This document shows positions 1 to 10,377 of a stretch of 64,000 bases of DNA, piece by piece. The position numbers and the translations under genes were made by a program. Numbering within the stretch: position 1 is the first letter of the stretch; each line of letters starts with the position of its first letter. The notes beneath the pieces were generated by a model. It saw nothing but the letters and a program-made list of their open reading frames with translations. It did no database searches and was not told the origin of the DNA. Source of the DNA: Chitinivorax sp. GTDB lineage: Bacteria > Pseudomonadota > Gammaproteobacteria > Burkholderiales > SCOH01. The DNA lies in NCBI GenBank assembly GCA_046347685.1, contig JAXMFR010000005.1, positions 23,269 through 87,268 of the forward strand. The letters are read 5' to 3'.

Positions 1-1
1 T

Positions 2-1153
2 GGCGGAATTTATGTAGCCGAAACGCTGATGACTGCGCTCGACGAGTTGCGTCAGCAATACGAAATCGCCTGTGGCGATGCTGATTTTCAGGCGGAATTC
101 CGCCACGAATTGAAACATTATGTTGGCCGTCCCAGCCCGATTTATCACGCCAAACGCTGGTCGGAACTGCTGGGCGGGGCGCAGATTTATCTGAAGCGCG
201 AGGATCTGAATCACACTGGCGCGCACAAGATCAACAACACCATTGGTCAGGCGCTGCTGGCTCGCCGCATGGGCAAAAAACGTGTGATTGCCGAAACCGG
301 TGCGGGTCAGCATGGTGTTGCGTCGGCAACCGTCGCTGCCCGTTATGGCATGGAATGTGTGGTTTACATGGGCTCGGAAGACGTCAAACGTCAGGCTGCC
401 AATGTGTATCGCATGAAACTGCTCGGTGCTACCGTCGTGCCGGTTGAAAGTGGCTCAAAAACCCTGAAGGACGCACTGAACGAAGCGATGCGCGACTGGG
501 TGACCAATATTGATAGTACCTTCTACATCCTCGGTACTGCTGCCGGTCCGCATCCTTACCCGAAAATGGTGCGAGACTTCCAGGCAGTGATCGGCGAAGA
601 ATGCAAAGTGCAGATGCCGGACATGATCGGCCGCCAGCCGGACGTGGTGGTCGCTTGTGTGGGCGGCGGCTCCAACGCCATCGGTATTTTTTATCCATAT
701 ATCGACGTACCGGGCGTGCGTTTGATCGGTGTTGAGGCCGGTGGAGAAGGTGTTCAGACTGGTCGCCATGCTGCGCCGCTGTCGGCAGGCACGCCGGGTG
801 TGTTGCACGGTAATCGTACTTACCTGATGCAGGATGCCAACGGTCAGATCATCGAAACCCATTCGATTTCCGCTGGCCTGGATTACCCTGGCGTGGGCCC
901 AGAACACAGCTACCTGAAGGATAGTGGCCGTGCTGAATACGTGGCGGCCAATGATGATGAAGCGCTGCAGGCATTTCATGACCTGTGTCGCTTTGAAGGC
1001 ATTATCCCGGCCCTGGAGTCGAGCCATGCCTTGGCCTACGCCAAACGTCTGGCACCAACCTTGCCGAAAGATCAGGTGATCCTGGTTAATCTGTCGGGGC
1101 GTGGTGATAAGGACATTCCAACCGTGGCCACCCTCTCCGGTATCCAACTCTAA
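2..1153 (+). CDS. trpB: tryptophan synthase beta subunit, 5' end cut by window edge
   Basis: The frame is open from nt 2 ([10 protein letters not shown] precedes the first Met at 29). It has the [12 protein letters not shown]-lysine motif and the GGGSNAIG loop, and trpA follows. Confidence 0.95.
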   Translation, partial: GGIYVAETLMTALDELRQQYEIACGDADFQAEFRHELKHYVGRPSPIYHAKRWSELLGGAQIYLKREDLNHTGAHKINNTIGQALLARRMGKKRVIAETGAGQHGVASATVAARYGMECVVYMGSEDVKRQAANVYRMKLLGATVVPVESGSKTLKDALNEAMRDWVTNIDSTFYILGTAAGPHPYPKMVRDFQAVIGEECKVQMPDMIGRQPDVVVACVGGGSNAIGIFYPYIDVPGVRLIGVEAGGEGVQTGRHAAPLSAGTPGVLHGNRTYLMQDANGQIIETHSISAGLDYPGVGPEHSYLKDSGRAEYVAANDDEALQAFHDLCRFEGIIPALESSHALAYAKRLAPTLPKDQVILVNLSGRGDKDIPTVATLSGIQL

Positions 1154-1205
1154 CTTTTTGCAAGGCACTGCCTGCGTGTGAAGCGGGCAGTGTCAGGAAT
1201 TCAGT

Positions 1206-2006
1206 ATGTCGAGAATTGATCAACGTTTTGCCTTGCTGCAGCAGCAAGGTCGCAAGGCCCTGATTCCATTTGTTACCGCCGGTGATCCGGATCTGGCAAC
1301 GACCTTGCCGCTGATGCATGGTCTGGTGGCTGCAGGTGCCGACATTATCGAATTGGGCGTGCCATTCTCTGATCCGATGGCGGATGGTCCAATCATTCAG
1401 CGTGCTAGCGAGCGTGCTTTGGCCAACGGGGTGACTTTGACCAATGTGCTGGAACTGGTGCGCCAGTTCCGCACAACCGATCAACAAACGCCGGTAGTGC
1501 TGATGGGCTACGCCAACCCGGTTGAGGCAATGGGCTACGAAGCCTTTGCCAAGGCGGCTGTTGCTGCTGGTGTGGATGGTCTGCTAACTGTAGATACGCC
1601 GCCGGAAGAGGCCGACGCAATGGTCGCCTGCCTCAAGCAATACAACATCGCGCCGATTTTCCTGCTGGCGCCGACCACTCCGGAAACCCGTATTGCCAAG
1701 GTTGGCGAAATGGCGCAAGGTTATGTTTATTATGTGTCATTGCGCGGTGTGACAGGTGCGGCTAATCTGGATATGTCGGAAGTTGCTGCGCGTCTGCCGT
1801 TGATTCGCAAACATGTCAAATTGCCGGTAGGTGTCGGCTTTGGTATTCGCGATGGCGCAACAGCCCGGCAAGTCGCTGAAGTTGCCGACGCAGTCGTGAT
1901 TGGTAGCCGTCTGGTGCAGCAGATTGAGGCGGCCGGTGCGGCAGGTGCGGTTGAGCAGGTGAGTGCACTGGTTGCCGATATCCGCAACGCGATGGACAAG
2001 GCCTGA
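1206..2006 (+). CDS. trpA: tryptophan synthase alpha subunit
   Basis: 266 aa with the [14 protein letters not shown] motif. It starts 52 nt downstream of trpB. Confidence 0.95.
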   Translation: MSRIDQRFALLQQQGRKALIPFVTAGDPDLATTLPLMHGLVAAGADIIELGVPFSDPMADGPIIQRASERALANGVTLTNVLELVRQFRTTDQQTPVVLMGYANPVEAMGYEAFAKAAVAAGVDGLLTVDTPPEEADAMVACLKQYNIAPIFLLAPTTPETRIAKVGEMAQGYVYYVSLRGVTGAANLDMSEVAARLPLIRKHVKLPVGVGFGIRDGATARQVAEVADAVVIGSRLVQQIEAAGAAGAVEQVSALVADIRNAMDKA

Positions 2007-2029
2007 TTGTGCCAACCAAGGAGGCAAAC

Positions 2030-2899
2030 ATGAGCTGGCTGCAGAAACTGCTACCTCCCAAAATCAAGAGCAAAACCAGTTTTGCCAAAACCGGTGTGCC
2101 GGAAGGGTTGTGGAGCAAGTGCTCATCGTGCGAGGCTGTTTTATATCGCACTGATCTGGAAAACAATCTGCATGTTTGCCCCAAGTGTGGTTTTCACACG
2201 CCGTTGTCAGCACGTAAACGCCTGGAACTGTTGCTGGACCCATCCGGCCAGTTTGAAATCGGCTCCGAAGTCAAACCGGTTGATCCGCTGAAATTCAAGG
2301 ACAGCAAGAAATACACGGATCGTCTGCAAGCCGCTGCCGAAGATACCGGCGAGGATGATGCGCTACTGGTAATGCAGGGCAGTGTGCATAACATTCCCTT
2401 GGTTGCCGCCGCGTTTGAATTCAAATTCATCGGTGGTTCGATGGGCTCGGTAGTGGGGGAGCGTTTTGTGCGCGCCATCTATACCTGCCTTGATCAGAAC
2501 CTGCCATTTGTGTGTATCTCTGCCAGTGGCGGCGCACGCATGCAGGAAGGCCTGTTCTCGTTGATGCAGATGGCCAAGACCAGCGCGGCGCTGACCTTTC
2601 TTGCCGACAAGCAGTTGCCGTTTATTTCGGTGTTAACTGATCCAACTATGGGCGGTGTATCCGCCAGTTTCGCTTTCCTTGGCGACGTGGTGATTGCCGA
2701 GCCGAAGGCGCTGATTGGTTTTGCCGGCCCTCGGGTAATCGAACAGACGGTGCGCGAGACTTTGCCGGAAGGCTTCCAGCGTGCCGAGTTCCTGCTGGAT
2801 CACGGTGCGGTGGATCTGATTGTTGATCGGCGACAGCTACGCGATAAACTCGCTGACCTGCTTTGTCTGCTACAGTCTCGCCCGCCGCGAGAAGCTTGA
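2030..2899 (+). CDS. accD: acetyl-CoA carboxylase carboxyltransferase beta subunit
   Basis: N-terminal zinc ribbon [16 protein letters not shown] followed by a carboxyltransferase domain. ATG 2030 is preceded by AAGGAGG. The ORF-track start at 2009 is a GTG extension. Confidence 0.93.
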   Translation: MSWLQKLLPPKIKSKTSFAKTGVPEGLWSKCSSCEAVLYRTDLENNLHVCPKCGFHTPLSARKRLELLLDPSGQFEIGSEVKPVDPLKFKDSKKYTDRLQAAAEDTGEDDALLVMQGSVHNIPLVAAAFEFKFIGGSMGSVVGERFVRAIYTCLDQNLPFVCISASGGARMQEGLFSLMQMAKTSAALTFLADKQLPFISVLTDPTMGGVSASFAFLGDVVIAEPKALIGFAGPRVIEQTVRETLPEGFQRAEFLLDHGAVDLIVDRRQLRDKLADLLCLLQSRPPREA

Positions 2900-2922
2900 G
2901 TTCCGGTTTCCCTGAACAGCAT

Positions 2923-2951
2923 ATCGCCAGCTTGTGACTGGCGATTTTTCT
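2923..2951 (+). terminator. weak hairpin/attenuator between accD and folC
   Basis: ATCGCCAG (2923-2930) pairs with CTGGCGAT (2938-2945) around a 7-nt loop, followed by TTTTTC. Confidence 0.35.
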
Positions 2952-2967
2952 TGTCTGAAATATTGTT

Positions 2968-4236
2968 ATGCCGACTACACTTGCCGAGTGGCTTGCCTAC
3001 CTTGAAGCGTTACATCCAAGCACCATCGACATGGGCTTGGAGCGTATTGCCCGTGTGCGTGATCGCATGGGGCTGGCGCCAGACTTTCCGGTAATCACCG
3101 TCGCCGGTACCAACGGCAAGGGATCGGTCTGTGCCTTTCTGGCGACAGTATTCCATGCCGCCGGTTATCGTGCGGGCGTCTACACCTCGCCCCATTTGCT
3201 TCGTTACAACGAGCGGGTGCGCGTGGACCTCGATCAGGCCGATGATGCTTCGCTGTGTCGTGCCTTTGCTGCCGTTGAGCAGGCCCGTGGCGATGTCTCG
3301 CTGACCTATTTTGAGTTTGGTACGCTGGCGGCGATGTGGCATTTCCAGCAATGTGGCGTTGATGTTGCGATCCTCGAGGTTGGCTTGGGCGGTCGCTTGG
3401 ATGCGGTAAACGTGTTTGAACCGGATTGCGCTGCTGTCGTCACCGTTGATCTGGATCATCAGGAATATCTGGGCAATGATCGTGAAACCATTGGTCGTGA
3501 AAAAGCCGGCGTGTTTCGTGCCGGAAAGCCGGCGATCTGCGGTGATGCCCATCCTCCGGCGAGTCTGTTGAGTCATGCCGAAGCAATTGGTGCGCCCTTG
3601 TTGTGTATTGGTCGCGATTTCGGCTTTCAGCGCCAGGAGTTGCAATGGTCTTTCTGGGGCCCCCATGGCAAGCACTTGTCGTTGCCATTTCCAGGGTTGC
3701 GCGGCAGCTACCAGCTCAACAATGCCAGTGTGGCATTGGCGATACTGGCGGAAATGCGCTCACGTTTGCCTGTGAGCGTCGGTGATATCAAACGCGGCTT
3801 GCTCGAAGTGGATTGGCCCGGTCGTTTTCAGGTGTTGCCGGGGCGACCAACCACCATCTTTGACGTTGGACATAACCCTCATGCTGCGCGTGCATTGGCT
3901 GGCAGCCTTAAAACCATGGGTTATCATCCGCAGACCTTTGCCGTGTTTTCGATGTTGCGTGACAAGGATCTTGCCGAGGTGGTCGCCGCTGTCAACGACC
4001 AGATCGACGTATGGCTGGTGGCCGGGCTGGATCTGCCACGTGGCATGAGTGCAGAAGAGGTTGCGGCACAATTGGCTGCGGCCAACGCACGTGGCAAGGT
4101 ACTGGTTTATCCTAATATCGCCGAAGCCTACTCTGCTGCCTGTGATAAGGCCGGCGAAAATGATAGAATCGTCGTCTTCGGATCATTCCACACCGTCGCA
4201 GAGGCCATGGCCGCGCGACGTAATCGTGGCCACTGA
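2968..4236 (+). CDS. folC: bifunctional folylpolyglutamate synthase / dihydrofolate synthase
   Basis: 422 aa with the Mur-ligase P-loop GTNGKGS. It sits in the conserved accD-folC context. Confidence 0.92.
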   Translation: MPTTLAEWLAYLEALHPSTIDMGLERIARVRDRMGLAPDFPVITVAGTNGKGSVCAFLATVFHAAGYRAGVYTSPHLLRYNERVRVDLDQADDASLCRAFAAVEQARGDVSLTYFEFGTLAAMWHFQQCGVDVAILEVGLGGRLDAVNVFEPDCAAVVTVDLDHQEYLGNDRETIGREKAGVFRAGKPAICGDAHPPASLLSHAEAIGAPLLCIGRDFGFQRQELQWSFWGPHGKHLSLPFPGLRGSYQLNNASVALAILAEMRSRLPVSVGDIKRGLLEVDWPGRFQVLPGRPTTIFDVGHNPHAARALAGSLKTMGYHPQTFAVFSMLRDKDLAEVVAAVNDQIDVWLVAGLDLPRGMSAEEVAAQLAAANARGKVLVYPNIAEAYSAACDKAGENDRIVVFGSFHTVAEAMAARRNRGH

Positions 4237-4250
4237 GGTACTACAGACGC

Positions 4251-4979
4251 ATGGCGCAGTCCCCGACAAACGACGAATTGCTGGTTCTGAAAAAGCGCGC
4301 CCGCCGGCGCTTGGTTGGCGCCGTAGCCTTGGTGCTGATCTCGATCATCGTGCTCTGGAACGTGCTGGATCGCGAACCGAAAACCGCACGCCAGCCAGTA
4401 AGTGCACAAGACGTTGCAATCATCAGTGATGCACCGCAAATCAATACGGCTCCAGCCAAATCCGACAAACAGGCGTCTCCGTTTGCAGAGCCTGTTACGC
4501 CGGCCACTCCACCCGCTACCGCCACTGAACATTCCGAGCCTCAGGCTCCAGTGCCGGATGCCGCAGTGACGGCGGAAAAGCAGGTCAAGTCCGAGGCGAA
4601 AATCGCCGAGCCAGCCCCGGTTCCGGAGAAAAAGGAAGTGAAGAAAGAGCCTGCGCCGAAAAAAGACGAGCATAAGGCGGAAGAGAAGAAAATCACACCC
4701 AAGCCGGAAAAACATGAGACCAAGGCTGAGAGCAAGGACAACAAACCGGCTGCTGACGAACACAAGTCGCAACTGATCCAAGTTGCAGCGCTGTCAGACG
4801 CCGGAAAAGCAAAGGCTTTGGTCGACAAGTTGGCAGCACACGGTGTCAAGGCCTATACCGAACAGAAGGGCGAGCTGACGCGGGTGCGGGTTGGTCCGTT
4901 TGCCTCGCGCGAGCAGGCAGAAAAAGCATTGGCAAAAATTCAGGCAGCCGGCGCATCTGGCGTGATCGTTTCCAAGTAA
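4251..4979 (+). CDS. SPOR domain-containing protein (DedD-like position)
   Basis: N-terminal TM helix, long P/A/K/E-rich linker, and a C-terminal SPOR-like domain (QVAALSDAGKAKALVDKL..RVRVGPFASREQAEKA). It lies between folC and cvpA, as dedD does in E. coli. Confidence 0.8.
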   Translation: MAQSPTNDELLVLKKRARRRLVGAVALVLISIIVLWNVLDREPKTARQPVSAQDVAIISDAPQINTAPAKSDKQASPFAEPVTPATPPATATEHSEPQAPVPDAAVTAEKQVKSEAKIAEPAPVPEKKEVKKEPAPKKDEHKAEEKKITPKPEKHETKAESKDNKPAADEHKSQLIQVAALSDAGKAKALVDKLAAHGVKAYTEQKGELTRVRVGPFASREQAEKALAKIQAAGASGVIVSK

Positions 4980-4992
4980 GCATACTGACTCG

Positions 4993-5484
4993 ATGACCAC
5001 ATTCGATTACGCAATACTGTTCATTATCGGCATGTCCATCATCTTGTCGGTAATGCGCGGTGCGGTGCGTGAACTGATTGCTCTTGCTGCCTGGTTTGTT
5101 TCTTTCTGGGTGGCACGAAATTTTACCGAGGAACTGACGCCGCTTTTGCCGCAGGCGATACCCAGCGACGAGCTGCGTCTGCTGGCGGCATTTGTGATTC
5201 TGTTCCTTGGCAGTCTGTTGATCATGACTTTGCTGTCGATAGCATTGTCAGAAGTGGTAAAGGCGATCGGCCTGTCGGGTTTTGATCGTTTGCTGGGGGC
5301 GGGTGTTGGCCTGCTGCGCGGCTGCTTTATCGTACTGGTTCTGGTGTTACTAGCCGGCCTTACCGGCCTTCCGAAAACCCAGGCATGGAAAAATGCCATG
5401 TTCAGTCCCGTGCTCGAGGCGAGTGCGCTGGCGGTCAGACCTTGGCTGCCGGATGTATTGGCCGAGCACATTCGCTACGAGTGA
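4993..5484 (+). CDS. cvpA: CvpA family membrane protein
   Basis: 163 aa with four predicted TM helices, immediately upstream of purF. Confidence 0.85.
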   Translation: MTTFDYAILFIIGMSIILSVMRGAVRELIALAAWFVSFWVARNFTEELTPLLPQAIPSDELRLLAAFVILFLGSLLIMTLLSIALSEVVKAIGLSGFDRLLGAGVGLLRGCFIVLVLVLLAGLTGLPKTQAWKNAMFSPVLEASALAVRPWLPDVLAEHIRYE

Positions 5485-5490
5485 AACAGT

Positions 5491-7014
5491 ATGTGTGGAA
5501 TTATTGGCATTGTTGCCCAAAGCCCAGTCAATCAGTTGTTGTACGATGGTTTGCTGGTTCTTCAACACCGCGGCCAGGATGCGGCCGGGATTGTTACCTC
5601 TGAAGGCTCGCGCTTTCATTTGCACAAAGGTGCCGGTCTGGTGCGTGATGTATTCCGCACCCGCAATATGCGTTCCCTGACCGGTAACCTGGGTATCGGC
5701 CATGTACGTTATCCGACTGCCGGTTCGGCATCGGCGGTGTCCGAGGCGCAACCGTTCTATGTCAACTCGCCGTTTGGCATCGTGCTGGCACATAACGGCA
5801 ATCTGACCAACGCAGATCAGCTGAAGCAGGAAATGTTTACGCTGGATCGCCGCCACATCAACACCAACTCCGATTCGGAAGCGTTGTTGAATGTGTTTGC
5901 ACATGAGTTGCAGGTGCGCGCCAATTCCATTCATCTGGATACCGAAGCCGTATTTGGTGCCGTGGCGGCGGTGCATCAGCGCTGCAAGGGCGCTTACGCC
6001 GTGGTTGCCATGATCGCCGGGCAGGGTTTGCTGGCATTCCGTGATCCGAATGGTATTCGCCCGCTGGTTCTCGGCAAGAACGAAACCCCCACTGGTACTG
6101 AATACATGGTCGCGTCGGAGAGCGTGGCGATCGACACACTTGGCTTCCAGCTGGTGCGGGATATTGCGCCCGGTGAAGCGATCTTCATCACACCGGAAGG
6201 CCAATTGTTCTCGCAGCAATGTGCCACCGAAACATCGCTGACACCGTGCATTTTTGAGTTTGTTTATTTTGCCCGACCCGATTCGGTGATCGACGGTGTG
6301 TCGGTTTACCAGTCGCGCCTGTTCATGGGCGAAAATCTGGCGGATAAAGTACGTCGTATCCTGCCGCAGGTGGATATCGATGTGGTGATCCCGATCCCCG
6401 ATACCAGCCGCGCCAGTGCCTTGCAGTTGGCCAACCATCTGGGGCTGCCGTACCGCGAAGGTTTCATCAAGAATCGCTACATCGGCCGTACCTTCATCAT
6501 GCCGGGGCAGGGCGTGCGCCGTAAATCGGTGCGCCAGAAACTCAACCCGATTGCCGTAGAATTCAAGGGCAAAAATGTGTTGCTGGTGGACGATTCCATC
6601 GTCCGTGGCACTACCTCCCGGGAAATCGTGCAAATGGCCCGTGATGCCGGCGCTGCCAAGGTGTATTTTGCTTCGGCAGCACCGCCGGTGCGTTTCCCCA
6701 ACGTCTACGGCATTGATATGCCGACGCGCAAGGAGTTGCTGGCAACCGGTCGCACGCACGAAGAAATTGCCGCTGAAATCGGTGCCGATGAAATCATCTA
6801 TCAAGAGCTGGATGCACTGGAATATGCAGTAACCCGTTGCAATTTCGAGGTCAAACAGTTCGAGAGCTCCTGTTTCAGTGGCAAGTATGTGACCGGCGAT
6901 ATTGATGATGCCTATCTGGATCGCATCGAAGCCGAGCGTAACGATGCAAGCAAGTCGGAAAAGGACAAGGATCTGGATCTGAACATCGGTGTTGCGGAAC
7001 AGAACCTGATGTAA
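5491..7014 (+). CDS. purF: amidophosphoribosyltransferase
   Basis: MCGIIGI N-terminal nucleophile Cys and a PRPP-binding loop [13 protein letters not shown]. Confidence 0.96.
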   Translation: MCGIIGIVAQSPVNQLLYDGLLVLQHRGQDAAGIVTSEGSRFHLHKGAGLVRDVFRTRNMRSLTGNLGIGHVRYPTAGSASAVSEAQPFYVNSPFGIVLAHNGNLTNADQLKQEMFTLDRRHINTNSDSEALLNVFAHELQVRANSIHLDTEAVFGAVAAVHQRCKGAYAVVAMIAGQGLLAFRDPNGIRPLVLGKNETPTGTEYMVASESVAIDTLGFQLVRDIAPGEAIFITPEGQLFSQQCATETSLTPCIFEFVYFARPDSVIDGVSVYQSRLFMGENLADKVRRILPQVDIDVVIPIPDTSRASALQLANHLGLPYREGFIKNRYIGRTFIMPGQGVRRKSVRQKLNPIAVEFKGKNVLLVDDSIVRGTTSREIVQMARDAGAAKVYFASAAPPVRFPNVYGIDMPTRKELLATGRTHEEIAAEIGADEIIYQELDALEYAVTRCNFEVKQFESSCFSGKYVTGDIDDAYLDRIEAERNDASKSEKDKDLDLNIGVAEQNLM

Positions 7015-7065
7015 GTTAGGCCTGCCCGGATTGATTTCATTTCGTCGGAGTTATTCCGGGCACGG

Positions 7066-7094
7066 TTGACAGTTGCCGGCGAGGCAGCGAAGAT
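7066..7094 (+). promoter_or_regulatory. candidate sigma70 promoter for metZ leader
   Basis: TTGACA (7066-7071), a 17-nt spacer, then GAAGAT (7089-7094). This would start transcription near 7101, at the 5' edge of the leader structure. Confidence 0.3.
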
Positions 7095-7100
7095 ATGTGG

Positions 7101-7150
7101 GTTGCGCCGATTTGTCACTGCTTGCGGGCGCCTAAAAAATACAGCTAAAT
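7101..7150 (+). promoter_or_regulatory. candidate SAM-II-like riboswitch aptamer
   Basis: Stem GCGCC (7104-7108) / GGCGC (7127-7131) encloses GAUUUGUCACUGCUUGCG. An A-rich tail CUAAAAAAUACAGCUAAAU follows. The methionine-gene context (metZ) fits. This is a pattern match from memory only. Confidence 0.4.
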
Positions 7151-7177
7151 TGTGGCGTTTCGCTGAAACGTGTCGAA

Positions 7178-7213
7178 ACCCGCTTGGCTGTTGCAAGCGG
7201 GTTTTTTGTTTTT
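7178..7213 (+). terminator. rho-independent terminator in metZ leader (or distal purF terminator)
   Basis: ACCCGCTTG (7178-7186) pairs with CAAGCGGGT (7194-7202) around a 7-nt loop, followed by TTTTTTGTTTTT. Confidence 0.75.
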
Positions 7214-7243
7214 ATGCATGAATTTTTGCGACAGGAGTCCTTC

Positions 7244-8425
7244 ATGAGTTTTCCGATTGATCCTGAATGGCATGACGAGACGCTGGCCATTCGCAGCGGG
7301 ATTGAGCGTTCCCAGTTTGGGGAACACAGCGAAGCCCTGTATCTGACCTCCAGCTTTGTTTTTGGCAGTGCTGCCGAGGCGGCCGCACGTTTTTCCGGTG
7401 CCGAGCCGGGCAACATCTACGCACGTTTCACCAACCCCACCGTGAGTGCATTTCAAGAGCGCCTGGCTGCGCTGGAGGGCGCGGAGTTCTGTGTAGCCAC
7501 CGCCTCGGGCATGTCGGCCATTCTGGCGTGCACCATGGGCTTGCTCTCGGCGGGCGATCATATCGTTGCCTCGCAGAGCCTGTTTGGTGCAACGGTGCAG
7601 CTATTCAACAATATTCTGGCGCGTTTTGGCATTGAAACCACTTATGTCAGCCTGACATCGACTGATGCCTGGCGCGATGCGGTCAAGCCCAATACCAAGC
7701 TGTTTTTCATTGAAACGCCTTCCAATCCAATGACCGAAGTGGCTGATATCGCCGCGATTGCCGCCATTGCCAAGCAGAAAGGCGTGCTGCTGGCGGTTGA
7801 TAACTGTTTCTGCACGCCGATTTTGCAAAAGCCCTTGCAGCTGGGTGCCGATATCGTGATCCATTCCGCCACCAAATATCTGGATGGACAGGGGCGGGTG
7901 TTGGGCGGTGCGGTGCTGGGGCGCAAGGATTTGCTGGAGCCGGTTTATGGTTTCCTGCGGACTGCCGGGCCAACCCTCTCGGCATTCAATGCCTGGGTGT
8001 TCCTGAAAGGCCTGGAAACCCTGCAGCTGCGCATGGATGCACACTGTCGCAATGCCTTGCAGGTAGCGCAATGGCTGGAAGCACATCCGGCAGTGGCGCG
8101 TGTGTATTACCCTGGACTGGCCTCACATCCGCAGCACGAGTTGGCGATGCGTCAGCAATCGGCCGGCGGTGGCATTGTCGCCTTTGAGGTGAAGGGGGGC
8201 AAAGATGCGGCCTGGAAAGTAGTCGATTCGGCACGGCTGATGTCGGTAACTGCCAATCTGGGTGATACCAAAACCACTATCACCCATCCGGCTACCACCA
8301 CCCACGGACGGATTTCACCCGAGGCACGCGCGGCAGCGGGTATCTCCGATGGCCTGTTGCGTATCGCAGTCGGGCTGGAATCGCCGCTGGATCTGATCCG
8401 TGACCTGCAGGCCGGACTCGGCTAA
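7244..8425 (+). CDS. metZ: O-succinylhomoserine sulfhydrylase (Cys/Met-metabolism PLP enzyme)
   Basis: PLP-lysine motif SATKYLDGQG. ATG 7244 is preceded by AGGAG. The ORF-track start at 7184 lies inside the terminator hairpin. Confidence 0.88.
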   Translation: MSFPIDPEWHDETLAIRSGIERSQFGEHSEALYLTSSFVFGSAAEAAARFSGAEPGNIYARFTNPTVSAFQERLAALEGAEFCVATASGMSAILACTMGLLSAGDHIVASQSLFGATVQLFNNILARFGIETTYVSLTSTDAWRDAVKPNTKLFFIETPSNPMTEVADIAAIAAIAKQKGVLLAVDNCFCTPILQKPLQLGADIVIHSATKYLDGQGRVLGGAVLGRKDLLEPVYGFLRTAGPTLSAFNAWVFLKGLETLQLRMDAHCRNALQVAQWLEAHPAVARVYYPGLASHPQHELAMRQQSAGGGIVAFEVKGGKDAAWKVVDSARLMSVTANLGDTKTTITHPATTTHGRISPEARAAAGISDGLLRIAVGLESPLDLIRDLQAGLG

Positions 8426-8452
8426 CTGCAGATGCCGTAGTGGAGTAGCAGG

Positions 8453-9217
8453 GTGCAGATAAGCCATCGACCGCTGGCTCAATCCATGCCATGGCTGGCG
8501 TTAGCACTGTCATTGCTGTTGCACCTGCTGTTGTTTTTGTTGCCGGCGGCACGACGTGGAGAGGCTGACGCGTTGCACGCTGCTCCGCAGCGTCAGCCTT
8601 TTGCCTATCGCCTGATCATGTCCTGGACTGGCCAGTCGACCGGTGCACCGCCACAGCCATCACTTGCTTCCAGCCTGCATTCAGCGGTGATGCCGGCGGC
8701 AAAGGCGAACGCCCAAAGTGGCGCGGCAAGCGCAGATAAAGCACTACCTCCGCCGGTGGTGCTCACGCCAGAGCCAGCCCCTTTGCCGCAAGCGGTGCCT
8801 GTACCGGCGCCTCCGCCGCAAAAGCCTGAAATTGCGCAGCCGGAAAGCCCTGCTGTCAGTAAGCTCACCCGGCCGCCCGTCAGCGCCGGCAAAGAGTTGG
8901 CGGATGATGATCTGGATCAGGTATCCCCCGGTGGCTATAGCGGCTCTGGTTTTGCCCTGTTTCGCCATCTATTGCATCAGAGCCTGGTCGCGCAACTGAA
9001 TGCGGGGGCCGACGATTCGCTGGAATGCCGTTTCAAATTGTTGATGAGTCGCCGGGAAATCCAGGTCCGTGCGGTAAAATGCGACGACGACGCGCAGTTT
9101 CAGCGACTGTTGACGTTGATAAAAACCGACAAGCTGCCCAGTTCCTTCGATTTTGGTCTCGGGCCGGCGGTGGTGACGGTGCGAACCGGTGCCAATGGCC
9201 AGATCCGCATGGACTGA
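8453..9217 (+). CDS. hypothetical membrane-anchored proline-rich protein
   Basis: One N-terminal TM helix (WLALALSLLLHLLLFLL), a Pro/Ala-rich linker, and a C-terminal domain of about 100 aa. I recognise no family motif. The start could be GTG 8453 or ATG 8486. Confidence 0.55.
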   Translation: MQISHRPLAQSMPWLALALSLLLHLLLFLLPAARRGEADALHAAPQRQPFAYRLIMSWTGQSTGAPPQPSLASSLHSAVMPAAKANAQSGAASADKALPPPVVLTPEPAPLPQAVPVPAPPPQKPEIAQPESPAVSKLTRPPVSAGKELADDDLDQVSPGGYSGSGFALFRHLLHQSLVAQLNAGADDSLECRFKLLMSRREIQVRAVKCDDDAQFQRLLTLIKTDKLPSSFDFGLGPAVVTVRTGANGQIRMD

Positions 9218-9306
9218 AAGCGTCTGCTGCGGCGTGTCCGGGCAACAACGGCGCATGTGAGCGTGATATCCTCTGATCTTTGATTTGTTCCTACCCAGTT
9301 AGCTAA

Positions 9307-10377
9307 ATGTCCGACGAACAACTGAAACAACATCGTGATGCCATCGACTCCATCGATGCGCAAATTCTTGAGCTGATCAATGCGCGTGCCGAACATGCGC
9401 GCCGGATTGGCGAAATCAAGGGTGGGGGCGTCATGTATCGTCCCGAGCGCGAGGCGCAGGTGCTGCGCCGTATCAAGGAGCTGAATCGCGGGCCGTTGCC
9501 GGATGAGCTGGCTGCGCGCCTGTTTCGCGAGATCATGTCTGCCTGTCTGTCGCTGGAACGCCCGCTGCAGGTGGCATTTCTTGGCCCGCTGGGAACCTTT
9601 ACCGAGTCTGCCGCAGTCAAGCATTTTGGCCACGCTGCGCTGTTGTCGCCTTGCCGTTCGATCGACGAGGTGTTTCGTGCGACCGAGGCCGGACAGTCCG
9701 ATTTTGCGGTGGTGCCGGTTGAAAACTCCACTGAGGGCGCAGTTGGTCGCACGCTGGATCTGATGACGCAAACCCCGCTGAAAGTCTGTGGCGAGGTGGT
9801 GTTGCGCATTCATCAGCACTTGTTGCGCAAAATTCCTTCACTGGAAGGCGTGCAACGGGTGTATTCACATTCGCAATCGCTGGGGCAGTGCCATGAATGG
9901 CTGAATGCCAATCTGCCGCAGGTTGAGCGCATTCCCTGTACCAGCAACGCGGAAGCGGCACGCTTGGCATCGCTGGACGAGACTTCTGCCGCGATTGCCG
10001 GCGAATCGGCCGCAGAACGTTATGAGCTGGCCAAGGTTGCGACCAATATCGAAGACGAGCCGAACAACACCACGCGCTTTCTGGTACTGGGGCAGCAGGA
10101 TTCGCCACCCTCCGGCAAGGACAAAACCTCGCTACTGATGACCGCGAAGAATCAGGCTGGTGCCATGCACGATCTGCTGGCGCCGCTGGCGAAAAACGGT
10201 GTCAGCATGAGCAAATTCGAGTCTCGTCCGGCCAAGGGCGGTTCGTGGGAATACGTATTCTTTGTCGATATCGATGGCCACCATGATATCGAGCCGGTCA
10301 AATCCGCATTGAAGGACTTGCGCGAACACGCGGTCATGCTGCGGGTGCTGGGTTCCTATCCCGCCGCCGTGTTGTAA
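9307..10377 (+). CDS. pheA: bifunctional chorismate mutase / prephenate dehydratase
   Basis: N-terminal CM_2 helix region, PDT domain with TRF (NNTTRFLVLG), and ACT domain with ESRP (SKFESRPAKG). Confidence 0.94.
   Translation: MSDEQLKQHRDAIDSIDAQILELINARAEHARRIGEIKGGGVMYRPEREAQVLRRIKELNRGPLPDELAARLFREIMSACLSLERPLQVAFLGPLGTFTESAAVKHFGHAALLSPCRSIDEVFRATEAGQSDFAVVPVENSTEGAVGRTLDLMTQTPLKVCGEVVLRIHQHLLRKIPSLEGVQRVYSHSQSLGQCHEWLNANLPQVERIPCTSNAEAARLASLDETSAAIAGESAAERYELAKVATNIEDEPNNTTRFLVLGQQDSPPSGKDKTSLLMTAKNQAGAMHDLLAPLAKNGVSMSKFESRPAKGGSWEYVFFVDIDGHHDIEPVKSALKDLREHAVMLRVLGSYPAAVL

Noticed and set aside
4440-4790. An apparent repetitive, low-complexity DNA stretch in the SPOR protein gene.
   Set aside because: It encodes the P/A/K/E-rich linker typical of SPOR/DedD-like proteins. 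There is no exact tandem DNA repeat unit, so it is not a CRISPR or VNTR.
7184-7243. An N-terminal extension of metZ suggested by the ORF track (start at 7184).
   Set aside because: The extension begins inside the terminator hairpin and T-tract (7178-7213). ATG 7244 has a proper AGGAG RBS. Similar over-long starts were trimmed for accD, hisC, the DUF411 gene, the ArsC-like gene, DUF934, tauE, MaoC-PTA, mmsA, the hydratase, the hydrolase, the GMC gene, gcdH, ftsB, ppsR, ppsA, the porin and the K+ channel.
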